This document shows positions 20,081 through 29,918 of a DNA stretch of 64,000 nucleotides, piece after piece (position 1 is the stretch's first letter; each line of letters opens with the position of its first letter). The stretch is from assembly GCA_963668315.1 (NCBI GenBank), contig OY764216.1, positions 1,472,001 through 1,536,000 on the forward strand, written 5' to 3'. The notes under the pieces are model-generated. The model was given only the letters and a program-made list of their open reading frames with translations, made no database searches and was not told the origin of the DNA. Made by a program: the position numbers and the translations under genes. The stretch is from Spirochaetia bacterium. Lineage in GTDB: Bacteria > Spirochaetota > Spirochaetia > DSM-2461.

Positions 20081-20893
20081 ATGCCCGGAATAGAAGTCCG
20101 TGATCTGGTGAAAACTTACCGGATCGCCGAGAAAGAATCAGGTCTGGCCGGATCGGTGCGCGGTCTCTTCAGGCGCCGCTATCGAGAAATCCGTGCCCTT
20201 GACGGTATTTCCCTCTCCATAGGCCGGGGGGAGCTGGTGGGATACATCGGGCCCAACGGCGCCGGGAAAAGTACCACCGTAAAGGTTTTATCGGGAATAC
20301 TGGTTCCCGACAGCGGTACCTGCCGTGTCAACGGAAGGGTCCCCTGGGAAAACCGGAGGGACCACGTGGCCCGGATAGGCACGGTATTCGGCCAGAAGAC
20401 CCAGCTCTGGTGGGATCTGCCGGTAAAGGAGTCCTTTGATCTACTCAGGGATATCTACCGTGTCTCCCGGGACGAGTACGAAAGAACCCTGGGGGAGATG
20501 TCGGAAATCTTTGAGCTCCGGGAACTTTACCGGATTCCGGTCCGCCAGCTGAGCCTGGGCCAGAGAATGCGCTGCGACATGGCCGCCGCCCTGCTGCATA
20601 ATCCGGATACCCTGTTTCTCGACGAGCCGACCATAGGGCTGGACGCGGTGGCCAAGCTGACTTTGAGGGAGCTGATCAGCAGGATAAACAGGGAGAAGGG
20701 CGTCACGGTTATCCTGACAACCCATGACATGGACGATGTGGAAGCTTTGTGCCACCGGGTTCTCCTTATCGGCCACGGGAGAATCCTGCGGGACGGAACC
20801 GTTCCGAGCCTGAGGCAGGCCTACGAAGACGGGAACAGCGTGGAATTGGAAGAAGTCGTCCGCCGGCTCTACCGCGAGGAGGCTCTGCGATGA
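20081..20893 (+). CDS. ABC-2 exporter ATP-binding protein
   Basis: GPNGAGKST, FGQKTQLWWDLP, LSLGQRMR, FLDEPTIGLD. Confidence 0.92.
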   Translation: MPGIEVRDLVKTYRIAEKESGLAGSVRGLFRRRYREIRALDGISLSIGRGELVGYIGPNGAGKSTTVKVLSGILVPDSGTCRVNGRVPWENRRDHVARIGTVFGQKTQLWWDLPVKESFDLLRDIYRVSRDEYERTLGEMSEIFELRELYRIPVRQLSLGQRMRCDMAAALLHNPDTLFLDEPTIGLDAVAKLTLRELISRINREKGVTVILTTHDMDDVEALCHRVLLIGHGRILRDGTVPSLRQAYEDGNSVELEEVVRRLYREEALR

Positions 20894-21726
20894 CCCGGGC
20901 CGGAACGCTGTGGCGCCCCTACGGGAGCTTTCTCTCCGTCAGGCTTCAGTCCCTTCTGCAGTACCGGGCGGCGGCCTGGGCGGGCATTGTCTGCCAGTTC
21001 TTCTGGGGGCTGATAATGATTATGGCCCTTGAGGCATTCTACCGCTCCTCCCGGGCCGTGCCGCCCATGCCCCTGGAGAGGGCCGTGGGATATATCTGGC
21101 TGGGACAGGCTTTTCTGGGAATGCTCCCCTGGAATGTGGACTGGGACATGGACAGGATGGTGAGGGACGGCTCCCTCTGCTACGAGCTCCTCAAACCGCT
21201 GGATCTTCATCTGTACTGGTTTATACGCTCCTTCAGCTGGCGTTTCTCCACCATGATCCTGCGGGTGGTTCCCCAGTTGATTTTTGCCTCTCTTATCCTT
21301 CCCCTGCTGGGTAAACGGGAGTGGGCCCTTCTCCTTCCCGCCGATCCTCTGGTATACCCTTTCTGGTTTGTCTCCGTTGTCCTGGCCCTGTTTCTGAGCG
21401 CTTCCATCACAACCCTGGTGAATATCACGCTGATCTGGAGTATTTCCGGAACGGGGACAAGCCAGCTGACCGGAGCGCTGGTGACTCTTTTCTCCGGAAT
21501 GGTTATTCCCTTGCCGTTCTATCCCGACCGCTGGCAGCTTTTCCTGACCTTTCAGCCCTTTCATGGTCTGGTAGACGGGCCCAACCGGATTTTTACCGGG
21601 GACATCCCTCCCGGCCGGGTTCCGGGAGAGCTCCTCCTGCAGGTCTTCTGGACAGCATTTTTCTTCCTGGCGGGACGTCTCCTTCTGGAAGCGGGAAGGA
21701 AAAAACTTACGGTGCAGGGGGGGTGA
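20890..21726 (+). CDS. ABC-2 family permease (DUF990-like)
   Basis: Start MTRAG overlaps the ATPase stop (ATGA); LQYR, DGSLCYELLKP, C-terminal VQGG. Confidence 0.85.
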   Translation: MTRAGTLWRPYGSFLSVRLQSLLQYRAAAWAGIVCQFFWGLIMIMALEAFYRSSRAVPPMPLERAVGYIWLGQAFLGMLPWNVDWDMDRMVRDGSLCYELLKPLDLHLYWFIRSFSWRFSTMILRVVPQLIFASLILPLLGKREWALLLPADPLVYPFWFVSVVLALFLSASITTLVNITLIWSISGTGTSQLTGALVTLFSGMVIPLPFYPDRWQLFLTFQPFHGLVDGPNRIFTGDIPPGRVPGELLLQVFWTAFFFLAGRLLLEAGRKKLTVQGG

Positions 21727-21727
21727 T

Positions 21728-22528
21728 ATGAACAGCATCAGATTATACGCAGCCTATGCGGCTCAATCCTTCAAATCGCAGATGGAGTACCGCTCTTCCC
21801 TTATCATGCAGATTATCGGGCAGTTTCTCATTAATATTATTGAATTCACCGCTCTGTGGGCCCTGTTCGACCGTTTCGGAAATCTCAAGGGATGGACCCT
21901 CCCTGAAGCGGCGTTCTGTTACGGTCTGGTGGGTACGGTTTTCGGGGCGGCGGAATTTTTCACCCGGGGATTCGACGTTACGGGAAACCTCATACAGTCA
22001 GGGGAATTCGACCGGTATCTCCTGCGTCCCCGGTCTCTTGTCCTTCAGCTGTTCGGGTACGAATTGACCCTGAGGCGCATGGGAAGACTGGGGCAGGGGC
22101 TGCTGATTCTTGTCTGGGCCGTATGCGGCTTATCCCTGGAGTGGACGGTGGGGAAAGTTCTGCTGCTGGCGTACACCATTCCCTGCGGCGTGGCCTTCTT
22201 TACAGCCCTTCTTGTTTTCCAGTCCTCCTTCTCCATCAAGGCCGTGAAGTCTCTGGAGTTTATGAATGTTCTTACCTACGGCGGTGTTCAGACCGCCCAG
22301 TATCCCCTGTCGGTTTATACGGATTTCTTCAGGCGGTTCTTTACCTTCGTCATACCTCTGGGGTGTGTGACCTACTATCCCTCTCTGGTAATACTGGGAA
22401 AAGAGGATGAGCTGATATCCTGGAGCGGATTCGGATGGGTCGCCCCGCTGGCAGGGCCGGTTTTTCTGGTATTGGCTCTGATCCTGTTTAAGCGGGCCCT
22501 GACATGGTACGCTTCAACAGGATCGTAG
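21728..22528 (+). CDS. ABC-2 family permease (DUF990-like)
   Basis: MEYR, GWTLPE, GEFDRYLLRP, YPLSVY, C-terminal YASTGS. Confidence 0.88.
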   Translation: MNSIRLYAAYAAQSFKSQMEYRSSLIMQIIGQFLINIIEFTALWALFDRFGNLKGWTLPEAAFCYGLVGTVFGAAEFFTRGFDVTGNLIQSGEFDRYLLRPRSLVLQLFGYELTLRRMGRLGQGLLILVWAVCGLSLEWTVGKVLLLAYTIPCGVAFFTALLVFQSSFSIKAVKSLEFMNVLTYGGVQTAQYPLSVYTDFFRRFFTFVIPLGCVTYYPSLVILGKEDELISWSGFGWVAPLAGPVFLVLALILFKRALTWYASTGS

Positions 22529-22537
22529 GGATAGGGA

Positions 22538-22804
22538 TCAGGCGGAGATTTTCTTGGCCAGGATTTCCTTAAGGGCCATGGTCAGCTGATCGGGGCAGGA
22601 GGTGACTTTCTTGCCGCAGGTGGTACCTTCGAGAAGTTCAATGACTTCGGAAGCCCTCATGCCGGGGGTCAGCCGGGAAATTCCCGCCGTATTACCGGGG
22701 CAGCCTCCGGTGAAAACAATCTCTTCTATCCGGTCATCATCGGTTAATTTAATGTCTATCTGTTTGGAGCATACGCCCATGGGAATGTAGGTATGTTTTT
22801 TCAT
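22538..22804 (-). CDS. TIGR03905-family TSCPD domain protein
   Basis: GVCSK, FTGGCPGN, TCG..TSCPDQL motifs. Confidence 0.88.
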   Translation of the reverse strand: MKKHTYIPMGVCSKQIDIKLTDDDRIEEIVFTGGCPGNTAGISRLTPGMRASEVIELLEGTTCGKKVTSCPDQLTMALKEILAKKISA

Positions 22805-22857
22805 AGGGTAAACATAGGAATAAATTGTAAAAAAGTCAATTCCTGACAGGACGGGTA

Positions 22858-23910
22858 TTAACGATCCGGTTCCAGTATCTCTGTCGGAACGGTAACGACC
22901 GGGTCTTTCTGTCCGCCCAGAAGGGAGGTAACGGCCTGACGGCCCATCTCTGTCAAATGCTGGTCAATGGTCGTCAGAGGGATGTAGGTGGTCGTTTTAT
23001 CGGTCATATTGCCGTAGCCCAGAATATGGGTGTCCTTTCCGGGAAGACGGCCCTGCTCGACAAGGGCCCCCATGACCCCGATGGCTTCGTAGTCATTGGC
23101 GCAGATGATACCGTCCACATCCGGTACATCCCTGAGAAAGTCCCGGGTGACCGTATAGCCGCTGTAGGCATCAAAATCGCTGGCCCTGAAGGAGAGCCGG
23201 CCTCCCGATGAGGTAAAACTTTCTTCCAGCCTTCTTAATCCCCGCAATTTACGGGAGGCGTTATACTGCTGCTCCCTGCCCTTGAGAACAAGGATGTTCC
23301 GGCAGTTCAGGGACTCCATATATTTCAATGCCGTCTCTCCCGATCTCTCGTAATCGTTGACGATCGATGCGCCGCCGTTCATGACCCACTCCACCGAAAC
23401 AAAGGGTACCGCCCGGGCCACGGTTTCGCACTTCTCCCTGACGGCGCCGAAGGGCTCCTCAATGAAGATAATGCCGTTCCCCTCATCGGCGGCTTTCTCC
23501 AGCTGCTCCATGGTCGTTTCATTCCAGAGAAGTTTGTCCGTATTCAGGCTGTGAATATCCACATCGATGTTTCGTGACTGCGCCTCTCCGTAAACACCGC
23601 TGAGAATCAGGGTATAGAAACTCAGGCCGGAATGGGGCAGGAAGAGGGAGATGCGGGACAGGTCATTCTGTCTGCGGTCCAGAACAAAATAACCCTCTCC
23701 CGGACGGGATTCTATATACCCCTCACGGCGCAGTTCTCCCAGGGCTCTCTGCGCCGTCGCCATGGACACTCCAGCGGAGGAGACAATCTCCCTGACCGAA
23801 GGAATCGACTGGCCCGGAAGGACTTCGCCGTTCATGATCGCGGTTTTGAGAAGGGACTTGATCTGCTTGTAGGGGGGGATATGCAAATCCCGATTAATCG
23901 TCAGTTTCAT
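22858..23910 (-). CDS. GntR-family regulator with LacI-type sugar-binding domain
   Basis: N-terminal YKQI...PSVREI...TAQRAL...GEGYFV HTH; C-terminal IICAND, LTTIDQ. Confidence 0.88.
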   Translation of the reverse strand: MKLTINRDLHIPPYKQIKSLLKTAIMNGEVLPGQSIPSVREIVSSAGVSMATAQRALGELRREGYIESRPGEGYFVLDRRQNDLSRISLFLPHSGLSFYTLILSGVYGEAQSRNIDVDIHSLNTDKLLWNETTMEQLEKAADEGNGIIFIEEPFGAVREKCETVARAVPFVSVEWVMNGGASIVNDYERSGETALKYMESLNCRNILVLKGREQQYNASRKLRGLRRLEESFTSSGGRLSFRASDFDAYSGYTVTRDFLRDVPDVDGIICANDYEAIGVMGALVEQGRLPGKDTHILGYGNMTDKTTTYIPLTTIDQHLTEMGRQAVTSLLGGQKDPVVTVPTEILEPDR

Positions 23911-23926
23911 GGAGTGTCCCGGCCTG

Positions 23927-24358
23927 TCAGCAGGGCGTTACCCCTTTCTTCAGGATGATGTTACCGTATTTGGCCGTTTCTCCCGTGATGACGACGGCAT
24001 AGGCTTTTTTAGCCTGTTCGTAAAAGGCAAAGCGCTCCACCCGCTCCGTGGCGGGGCAGCCGGGATAGTATTTCTCTATGACTTTACGGTAGCTCTCCTC
24101 AACCTTGGGGTCCAGCGTGTCACCCGAGGTGGCTTCCATCATGAAGACAGGGGAGGGTACATAGCTGTCCAGTTCAAAAAGGGGAAGGAGGGCGTCGAGC
24201 AGTTCGGGCACTTTGATCCCGTCGGCGCGGATAACACGGCATCCGAAGGTATCGGCAGGGAAGTGGGCATCGGAAAGAACGATCTCATCGCCGTGACCCA
24301 TGCGGCACAGTTCTGCCAGCAGGTCGGGACTGAGCAGGGGGGAAATTCCTTTAAGCAT
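23927..24358 (-). CDS. fucU: L-fucose mutarotase (RbsD/FucU family)
   Basis: [11 protein letters not shown]...[38 protein letters not shown]. Confidence 0.9.
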   Translation of the reverse strand: MLKGISPLLSPDLLAELCRMGHGDEIVLSDAHFPADTFGCRVIRADGIKVPELLDALLPLFELDSYVPSPVFMMEATSGDTLDPKVEESYRKVIEKYYPGCPATERVERFAFYEQAKKAYAVVITGETAKYGNIILKKGVTPC

Positions 24359-24387
24359 AGAAAACTCCTTTTATCATTATATGTTTT

Positions 24388-24416
24388 AGTGTACTAGAAC
24401 ACGTTTCAGCTGTCAA
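24388..24416 (-). promoter_or_regulatory. fucU-gntR promoter with overlapping palindromic operator
   Basis: TTGACA (24411-24416) -17- TACACT (24388-24393); near-palindrome GTGTACTAGAACAC at 24389-24402. Confidence 0.6.
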
Positions 24417-24485
24417 GGTAAGGGTTCGTATCCCTTTGGGGTGAATAAATTTGAATGGCCCGGCCGGGACGAGTCAAATTCTAAG

Positions 24486-24522
24486 GTAAACGATTGCGTA
24501 AACGATTAAATAAGGCTATACT
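24486..24522 (+). promoter_or_regulatory. Promoter with tandem LacI-like boxes
   Basis: GTAAACGATT at 24486 and 24498 overlapping TTGCGT (24494-24499) -17- TATACT (24517-24522). Confidence 0.55.
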
Positions 24523-24559
24523 GGCTTCAGGAATCGTTACAGCTCTCAAGGAGATATTT

Positions 24560-25570
24560 ATGGAAAAAATGAAAGCGGCCGTTATCATGGGAAAAAACAC
24601 CCTGACCACCGAGGAAAGGGACATCCCCCGTCCCAGGGGGAATGAGGTTCTGATTCAGGTTTACGCCAGCGGAATCTGCGGAACGGATCTGCATATCTAC
24701 CAGGGTGATTATAAAGGAACCTATCCCATCGTTCCCGGCCATGAGTTCTCCGGCAAAATCATCGAGACAGGTCCGGAGGTCAGGAACTTCAAAGCCGGAG
24801 ACCGGGTGGCTGTGGAGCCGAATCTCTCCTGCGGAGTCTGTTATGACTGCCTCAGCAACAGGCAGCATTTCTGCGAGAATACCGAAGCGGTAGGTGTCAC
24901 TCTTCCCGGAGGCATGGCGGAGTACGTGGTAGCTCCGGAGCCAGCTGTATTTCCCATCGGAGATCTGAGCTATGAGGAAGCCGCGTTCATGGAGCCTCTC
25001 TCCTGCGTCCTGCACGGGGTGGAGAGAATCAAGCCTGAGCTGGCGGACAGAGTTCTTCTTATCGGAGCCGGACCTATCGGTCTTCTTCTGCTCCAGAGCC
25101 TCCGAGCCAGGGGCTGCGGCGTAATCGACGTGGTGGACAGGGACCCGTCCCGTCTGGAAATTGCCGGGAAAATGGGAGCGTCTGCAACAACGGACAGCCT
25201 GATTTCTCTGAAGCAGGAGCATTATCATATCGTCTGCGATGCCACCGGCGTTGCCTCCCTCATGGAAGAGACCATCAATTATGTGAGACCTTCGGGCAGA
25301 ATCCTCTGGTTCGGAGTTCCCCATAAGGATGCCGCGGTGACGCTGCCCCCCTTCAGGCTTTTCGAAAAGGAGATATCCATTTTCTCCTCCTATACCTCCC
25401 TTCGCAACTCATGGCAGGCCCTGGAGATGATGAAAGAGGGAAGAATCAATGTGAAGGAACTCATATCACACCGTCTTTCCATTGAGGAATTCGGGAAGGG
25501 GCTGAGTATTCTGGAGAGTCATTCCGAACCGGCGATGAAGATTCTTATTATGCCCCGCGGGACAGAGTGA
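24560..25570 (+). CDS. Zinc-dependent (MDR) alcohol/polyol dehydrogenase
   Basis: GICGTD, GHEFSG, structural Zn site CGVCYDC...C, GAGPIG. Confidence 0.9.
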   Translation: MEKMKAAVIMGKNTLTTEERDIPRPRGNEVLIQVYASGICGTDLHIYQGDYKGTYPIVPGHEFSGKIIETGPEVRNFKAGDRVAVEPNLSCGVCYDCLSNRQHFCENTEAVGVTLPGGMAEYVVAPEPAVFPIGDLSYEEAAFMEPLSCVLHGVERIKPELADRVLLIGAGPIGLLLLQSLRARGCGVIDVVDRDPSRLEIAGKMGASATTDSLISLKQEHYHIVCDATGVASLMEETINYVRPSGRILWFGVPHKDAAVTLPPFRLFEKEISIFSSYTSLRNSWQALEMMKEGRINVKELISHRLSIEEFGKGLSILESHSEPAMKILIMPRGTE

Positions 25571-25579
25571 ATCCATCCT

Positions 25580-25608
25580 CCCGCCTCTTCCGAGGGGCGG
25601 ATCCTTTT
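25580..25608 (+). terminator. Probable intrinsic terminator after the Zn-dehydrogenase gene
   Basis: CCGCCTCT-tccg-AGGGGCGG followed by ATCCTTTT. Confidence 0.55.
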
Positions 25609-25718
25609 ATAAAAAAGCGCTTGACTTTATAGGGTAAATCCCATGACAATATGCTGCCCCCGAGAGAGAAAAGTCCTCTTTTTCGGGGCCGCATATTTGT
25701 AAAATACCGAGGGTTTTC

Positions 25719-25922
25719 ATGGCTGAGTGTGAGTATGTAGGGGACTGTCCCTTCTATAACGGGGACAACGATGAAGAAGTAAAAAACAAGTACTGCAGGG
25801 GCAATAATCTTAATTGCGCCTGTTATATGATCTATAGCTCCTGCGGGAAAGATAAGATTCCCGCCGATTTACAGCCTGATCAGAAAACCGAAGCCTATCT
25901 GATCATCGCCCAGGAATCCTAG
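25719..25922 (+). CDS. Small cysteine-rich hypothetical protein (67 aa)
   Basis: C-x5-CPFY...YC-x6-CAC...IPADLQP pattern; GAGG SD; own promoter-like TTGACT at 25621. Confidence 0.7.
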   Translation: MAECEYVGDCPFYNGDNDEEVKNKYCRGNNLNCACYMIYSSCGKDKIPADLQPDQKTEAYLIIAQES

Positions 25923-25939
25923 GCGCATAACCTTTCTGT

Positions 25940-26254
25940 CTACTCCAGTCGGAAAACTTCCCTTAAAGGTATGGTCACCGGTGAATTATCCTCGTTCGTA
26001 TCCATGATGTCGGCCATATAAGCCCACCATTTCTGCACGATGGGGTCTGTCCCCAGGTCCTGGGAACCGGCATCCCCGGCAATCTTCTGAACACCGAAGA
26101 GGGTGTTCGTTTCTTCATCCAGAAAAATCGAGTAATCGGATACGCCGGATTTCTTGATCAGGGCGGATAATTCCGGCCAGATCTCATCGTGCCGTTTCTG
26201 GTACTCATCGGCATATCCCGGCTTCAGTTTCATTTTAAAGGCAAATCTTTTCAT
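25940..26254 (-). CDS. rhaM: L-rhamnose mutarotase
   Basis: EYQKRHDEIWPEL, YSIFLD, QKWWAYMADIM, NSPV...LREVF. Confidence 0.93.
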   Translation of the reverse strand: MKRFAFKMKLKPGYADEYQKRHDEIWPELSALIKKSGVSDYSIFLDEETNTLFGVQKIAGDAGSQDLGTDPIVQKWWAYMADIMDTNEDNSPVTIPLREVFRLE

Positions 26255-26288
26255 TTCTCTCTCCCTAAGGCACGGATGCTGATTCCTG

Positions 26289-26329
26289 TAAAAAAAACAC
26301 CCGCGGAATCCTGCAGGAGGTTCCGCGGG
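26289..26329 (-). terminator. Intrinsic terminator-like hairpin between rhaQ and rhaM
   Basis: CCCGCGGAA...TTCCGCGGG (26300-26329) followed by a T8 tract on the minus strand. Confidence 0.65.
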
Positions 26330-26337
26330 CGGGAGAA

Positions 26338-27375
26338 TCAGGTCCTCTGCTGCTTTTTCAGTTTACGCCAGGATTTGAGCATGTTCAACAGCTCCGGGAT
26401 CAATACGGCCCCGATAAGGAGGAATCCGGTCGTAATGATCATGATCTTGGCCGAAAGGTTAAGAAGACCCATGCCGAACTTGAGGTAGCCGAGGAGGAAC
26501 ACGGCAATAATGACACCTACGATATTTCCCTTTCCTCCGGTAATGGAAACACCGCCCAGAACGACAAGGGTGATGGCTTCCATTTCATAACCGGTGGCGA
26601 TATTGGGTCTGGTACTGCCGATGCGCGATGTCAGAAGGACGGCCGCTATTCCGGCGAAGAGTCCGTTCAGAGCCATGTTGATAAACCGGATCTTGCTGAC
26701 GGGAACACCGGAAAACCGGGCGGCGGTAATACTGTTGCCCACGGCATAGACCTTGCGCCCGTAAGTGGTCTTGTGAAGGACAAATCCCATGATGACCGCC
26801 AGGATGAGGAAGAGAACCAGCTCGAAGGGAATAAGGGTCTCCCCCACGTATCCCTGCCCGAAATAGCCGAAACTTTCCGGGTAGTGAGTGAAAGCCTGGT
26901 CTTCCAGAATCGCCTGGGAAATCCCCCTGAAAAGGGAGGAGCTTCCCAGAGTCACGGCAATGGCGGGTATTTTAAGGCCCGTCACCATTAAACCGTTGAT
27001 AATGCCGCACAGCAGACCAACGGCCAGGCCGATCAATACGATGGCCGGGGTATCGGCGCCGTGGGAGGAGGCAAAGCCCATGGAGAAGGAGGAGAGGGCT
27101 AAAATCGATGCTACGGAGATATCGATATCGCCGCACATGATGACGAAGATCATGGGCAGGGCCAGAATAGCCTTCTCCATAAAATTGAAGGTGGTGTTCA
27201 TCATGTTGAAGTAATCCAGAAAATAGGGGCTGGCATTCGAGAAAAAGACCGCCACTGCTAAAAAAAGGATGACCAGAATGAATTCCCACCGGGTAACCAG
27301 GTCAATAATCCGTTCCTTAAGACTTGTTTCGTTGATCAGCCGTTTCTGACTGACATGTTCCATTGAACTGCTCAT
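26338..27375 (-). CDS. rhaQ: Rhamnose ABC transporter permease
   Basis: RbsC-type GDIDISV, TTYGRKVYAVG, STRPNIATGYE, VVLGGVSITGG; operon context. Confidence 0.8.
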   Translation of the reverse strand: MSSSMEHVSQKRLINETSLKERIIDLVTRWEFILVILFLAVAVFFSNASPYFLDYFNMMNTTFNFMEKAILALPMIFVIMCGDIDISVASILALSSFSMGFASSHGADTPAIVLIGLAVGLLCGIINGLMVTGLKIPAIAVTLGSSSLFRGISQAILEDQAFTHYPESFGYFGQGYVGETLIPFELVLFLILAVIMGFVLHKTTYGRKVYAVGNSITAARFSGVPVSKIRFINMALNGLFAGIAAVLLTSRIGSTRPNIATGYEMEAITLVVLGGVSITGGKGNIVGVIIAVFLLGYLKFGMGLLNLSAKIMIITTGFLLIGAVLIPELLNMLKSWRKLKKQQRT

Positions 27376-28361
27376 TAGCCTCTCCTCGCTGCCAGTAATT
27401 TTCTATCGTTGCGCTGTTCCATCAAGGCGTTGGCCGTAATGGCGGCCAGAACGACGAATCCCTGTATTCCCACCTGAAAGAAAGGGGAAAGGTTGACTAC
27501 GGGCAGGGCGTTGTTGATAATGCCCAGGAAAAGAGCTCCCAGAAGCACGCCGGTAAGGGTTCCGGCGCCGCCGGCCAGGCTGACTCCCCCCAGTACGCAG
27601 GCGGCTACGGTCTGGAGCTCGAAACCGGTGGCCGTTTCATTTACCGCCGCCGCATAACGGGCCGTCCACATGACGCCGGCCAGACCGCAGAGAGCACCGC
27701 AGATGGTGAATACCATGAAATTGACCTTCTTTTCGCTTACGCCCACAAAGTGGGCGGCCGTCTTGTTGCCGCCTATGGCGTAAATCTCCCGTCCGGACCT
27801 TGTGTAGCGGATGAAGTAATACATGATGGCGAATACCACAATCGCCCATACTGTCAGGTTGGGGATGAGAAGCAGACGTCCCTTGGGAATATTCATGTAA
27901 GCTTCGGTCATCTCATGGGCGGTGACCCACTGCCCCTTGCTCATGACGAAGGTAAAACCCCTGAAAATGCTCATGGTACCCAGAGTCGTAATGACCGGGG
28001 GAACCTTTCCGAAGGCCACACAGGCGCCGTTGAAAGCTCCCAGCAGGGTGCCGATCAGTATGCCCGAGAGGATCAGGATGAAGATGGGGATGCTCGGGTT
28101 GTACTGATTCATCATGGATACGGCCATGCCGGAAAAGGCAATGGTGGAGCCCACGGAGAGGTCGATGCCTCCCGTCAGGATAACCAGGAGCTGTCCCGAG
28201 GCAACCATGATCAGAATCGCCGTATCGTTGATAATTCGTTCTATGTTCTTCGGGGCCAGGAAAGAGGGGGCCCTGAGGGTGACGATGATCAGAAGCACCA
28301 CCGTCAACATGACCAGGTTCATCTCCCGGTTCTGAAGGATTTTTTTGACTTTCTCATTCAT
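27375..28361 (-). CDS. rhaP: Rhamnose ABC transporter permease
   Basis: GGIDLSVGS, GQWVTAHEM, GREIYAIGGN, AACVLGGVS; operon context. Confidence 0.8.
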   Translation of the reverse strand: MNEKVKKILQNREMNLVMLTVVLLIIVTLRAPSFLAPKNIERIINDTAILIMVASGQLLVILTGGIDLSVGSTIAFSGMAVSMMNQYNPSIPIFILILSGILIGTLLGAFNGACVAFGKVPPVITTLGTMSIFRGFTFVMSKGQWVTAHEMTEAYMNIPKGRLLLIPNLTVWAIVVFAIMYYFIRYTRSGREIYAIGGNKTAAHFVGVSEKKVNFMVFTICGALCGLAGVMWTARYAAAVNETATGFELQTVAACVLGGVSLAGGAGTLTGVLLGALFLGIINNALPVVNLSPFFQVGIQGFVVLAAITANALMEQRNDRKLLAARRG

Positions 28362-29857
28362 GCTGTTTCTCCATGACCGGTAGCGGCCAGAATGATCTTA
28401 TCGCTGTCCGCGTCATCCCTGTTGATAATGGCCGTGACGCTTCCCTCGTGCATAACCACGATCCGGTCCGACATTCCCAGAATCTCGGGAAGTTCGGAGG
28501 ATACCATGATGACGGCCAGGCCCCGGGAGGCCATTTCGGAAATAAACTCGTGGACCGCGGCTTTGGTGGCCACATCAATACCCTTGGTCGGCTCGTCGAG
28601 AATCAGGATATCCGGATCCGTGGCCAGCCATTTGGCCAGTACCACCTTCTGCTGGTTACCGCCGGAGAGGGTATTGGCATTCACTTTCCAGCTTGCCGCT
28701 TTGATTTCCATTTTATTCCCGAACTCCTCGGTCACTTCCTTTTCCTTGCGGGAATTGAGAACACCGAAGGCGCTGAGTCCGTCGATCTGGGGCAGTGTGA
28801 TATTGTGGGAAAGGCTCATTTCCAGAATGGCCCCCTGTTCCTGCCTGTCCTCGGGGACATAGGCGATTCCGTTTCTCATGGCCAGTCCGGGGGAACTGAT
28901 CTCCATGGTTTCCCCTTTCAGCTTAATCGTTCCCGCCGATTTTTTGTCTATGCCGAATATGGTCCGCATCACCTCTGACCGTCCGGCTCCCACCAGCCCG
29001 AAAAATCCCAGGATCTCCCCCTTGTGAAGGTTAAAGGAGACATTGCTGAAGTATCCGGGGGAAGCCAGATTTTCCACTTCCAGGATGGATTCTTTGATGT
29101 GGGAATCTTTTTTGGGATACATCTGATTGAGGGAGCGGCCCACCATCATTTTCACGATTTCGTCTATGGAGGACTGGGGTACTTCCCCCTCGCCGATATA
29201 CTGGCCGTCCCGGAAGACGGTGAAGTAATCGCATATCTCAAAAATCTCTTCAAATTTATGGGAAATAAAAACGATGGCTTTTCCGTCGTTTTTCAACTGT
29301 CTGATGATTTTATACAGCTCTTCCACCTCTTTCAGGGAAAGGGCCGATGTGGGTTCGTCCATAATCACCACTTCCGCATCGACCGAAAGGGCTTTGGCTA
29401 TCTCCACCATGTGCCTCTGGGCAGTTCCCAGGTTTTTTATCAGGGAATCGGGGGAAAAATCGAGTTCCAGTCTTTTCAGAAGCTCCTCGGTGTGGTCCCG
29501 CATGGCTTTCCAGTCCAGCATGCCCGATTTTTTCTTCAGATGGTGGCCCATGAAAATGTTTTCCGTAACGGTCAGTTCGGCGAACATGGAGGCTTCCTGA
29601 TGTATGGCTACGACACCGGCGGACTGTGCTTCATGGGATGTTTTAAACTGCACCGGTTCCCCGTTTCTCAATATGGTGCCCTTGGTAGGCTGATAGACGC
29701 CGGTCATTATCTTGACCAGAGTGGACTTACCCGCTCCGTTTTCACCGATCAGGGCATGAACTTCTCCCGTCCGGATTGTGAAATCCACATTATCCAGAGC
29801 TTTGATGCCGGGGAAGTATTTGGCTATGTCTTTTAATTCAAGTACTGTTTTTTTCAA
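28358..29857 (-). CDS. rhaT: Rhamnose ABC transporter ATP-binding protein (fused double ATPase)
   Basis: GENGAGKST, MDEPTS, LSGGNQQK, LDEPTKGIDV; TTG start. Confidence 0.85.
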   Translation of the reverse strand: MKKTVLELKDIAKYFPGIKALDNVDFTIRTGEVHALIGENGAGKSTLVKIMTGVYQPTKGTILRNGEPVQFKTSHEAQSAGVVAIHQEASMFAELTVTENIFMGHHLKKKSGMLDWKAMRDHTEELLKRLELDFSPDSLIKNLGTAQRHMVEIAKALSVDAEVVIMDEPTSALSLKEVEELYKIIRQLKNDGKAIVFISHKFEEIFEICDYFTVFRDGQYIGEGEVPQSSIDEIVKMMVGRSLNQMYPKKDSHIKESILEVENLASPGYFSNVSFNLHKGEILGFFGLVGAGRSEVMRTIFGIDKKSAGTIKLKGETMEISSPGLAMRNGIAYVPEDRQEQGAILEMSLSHNITLPQIDGLSAFGVLNSRKEKEVTEEFGNKMEIKAASWKVNANTLSGGNQQKVVLAKWLATDPDILILDEPTKGIDVATKAAVHEFISEMASRGLAVIMVSSELPEILGMSDRIVVMHEGSVTAIINRDDADSDKIILAATGHGETA

Positions 29858-29918
29858 AACATTATTCTCCCTGTGTTCCAGGTTTTTTCCGTAGATAGAT
29901 AGTATTGGGAAGGTAAAA

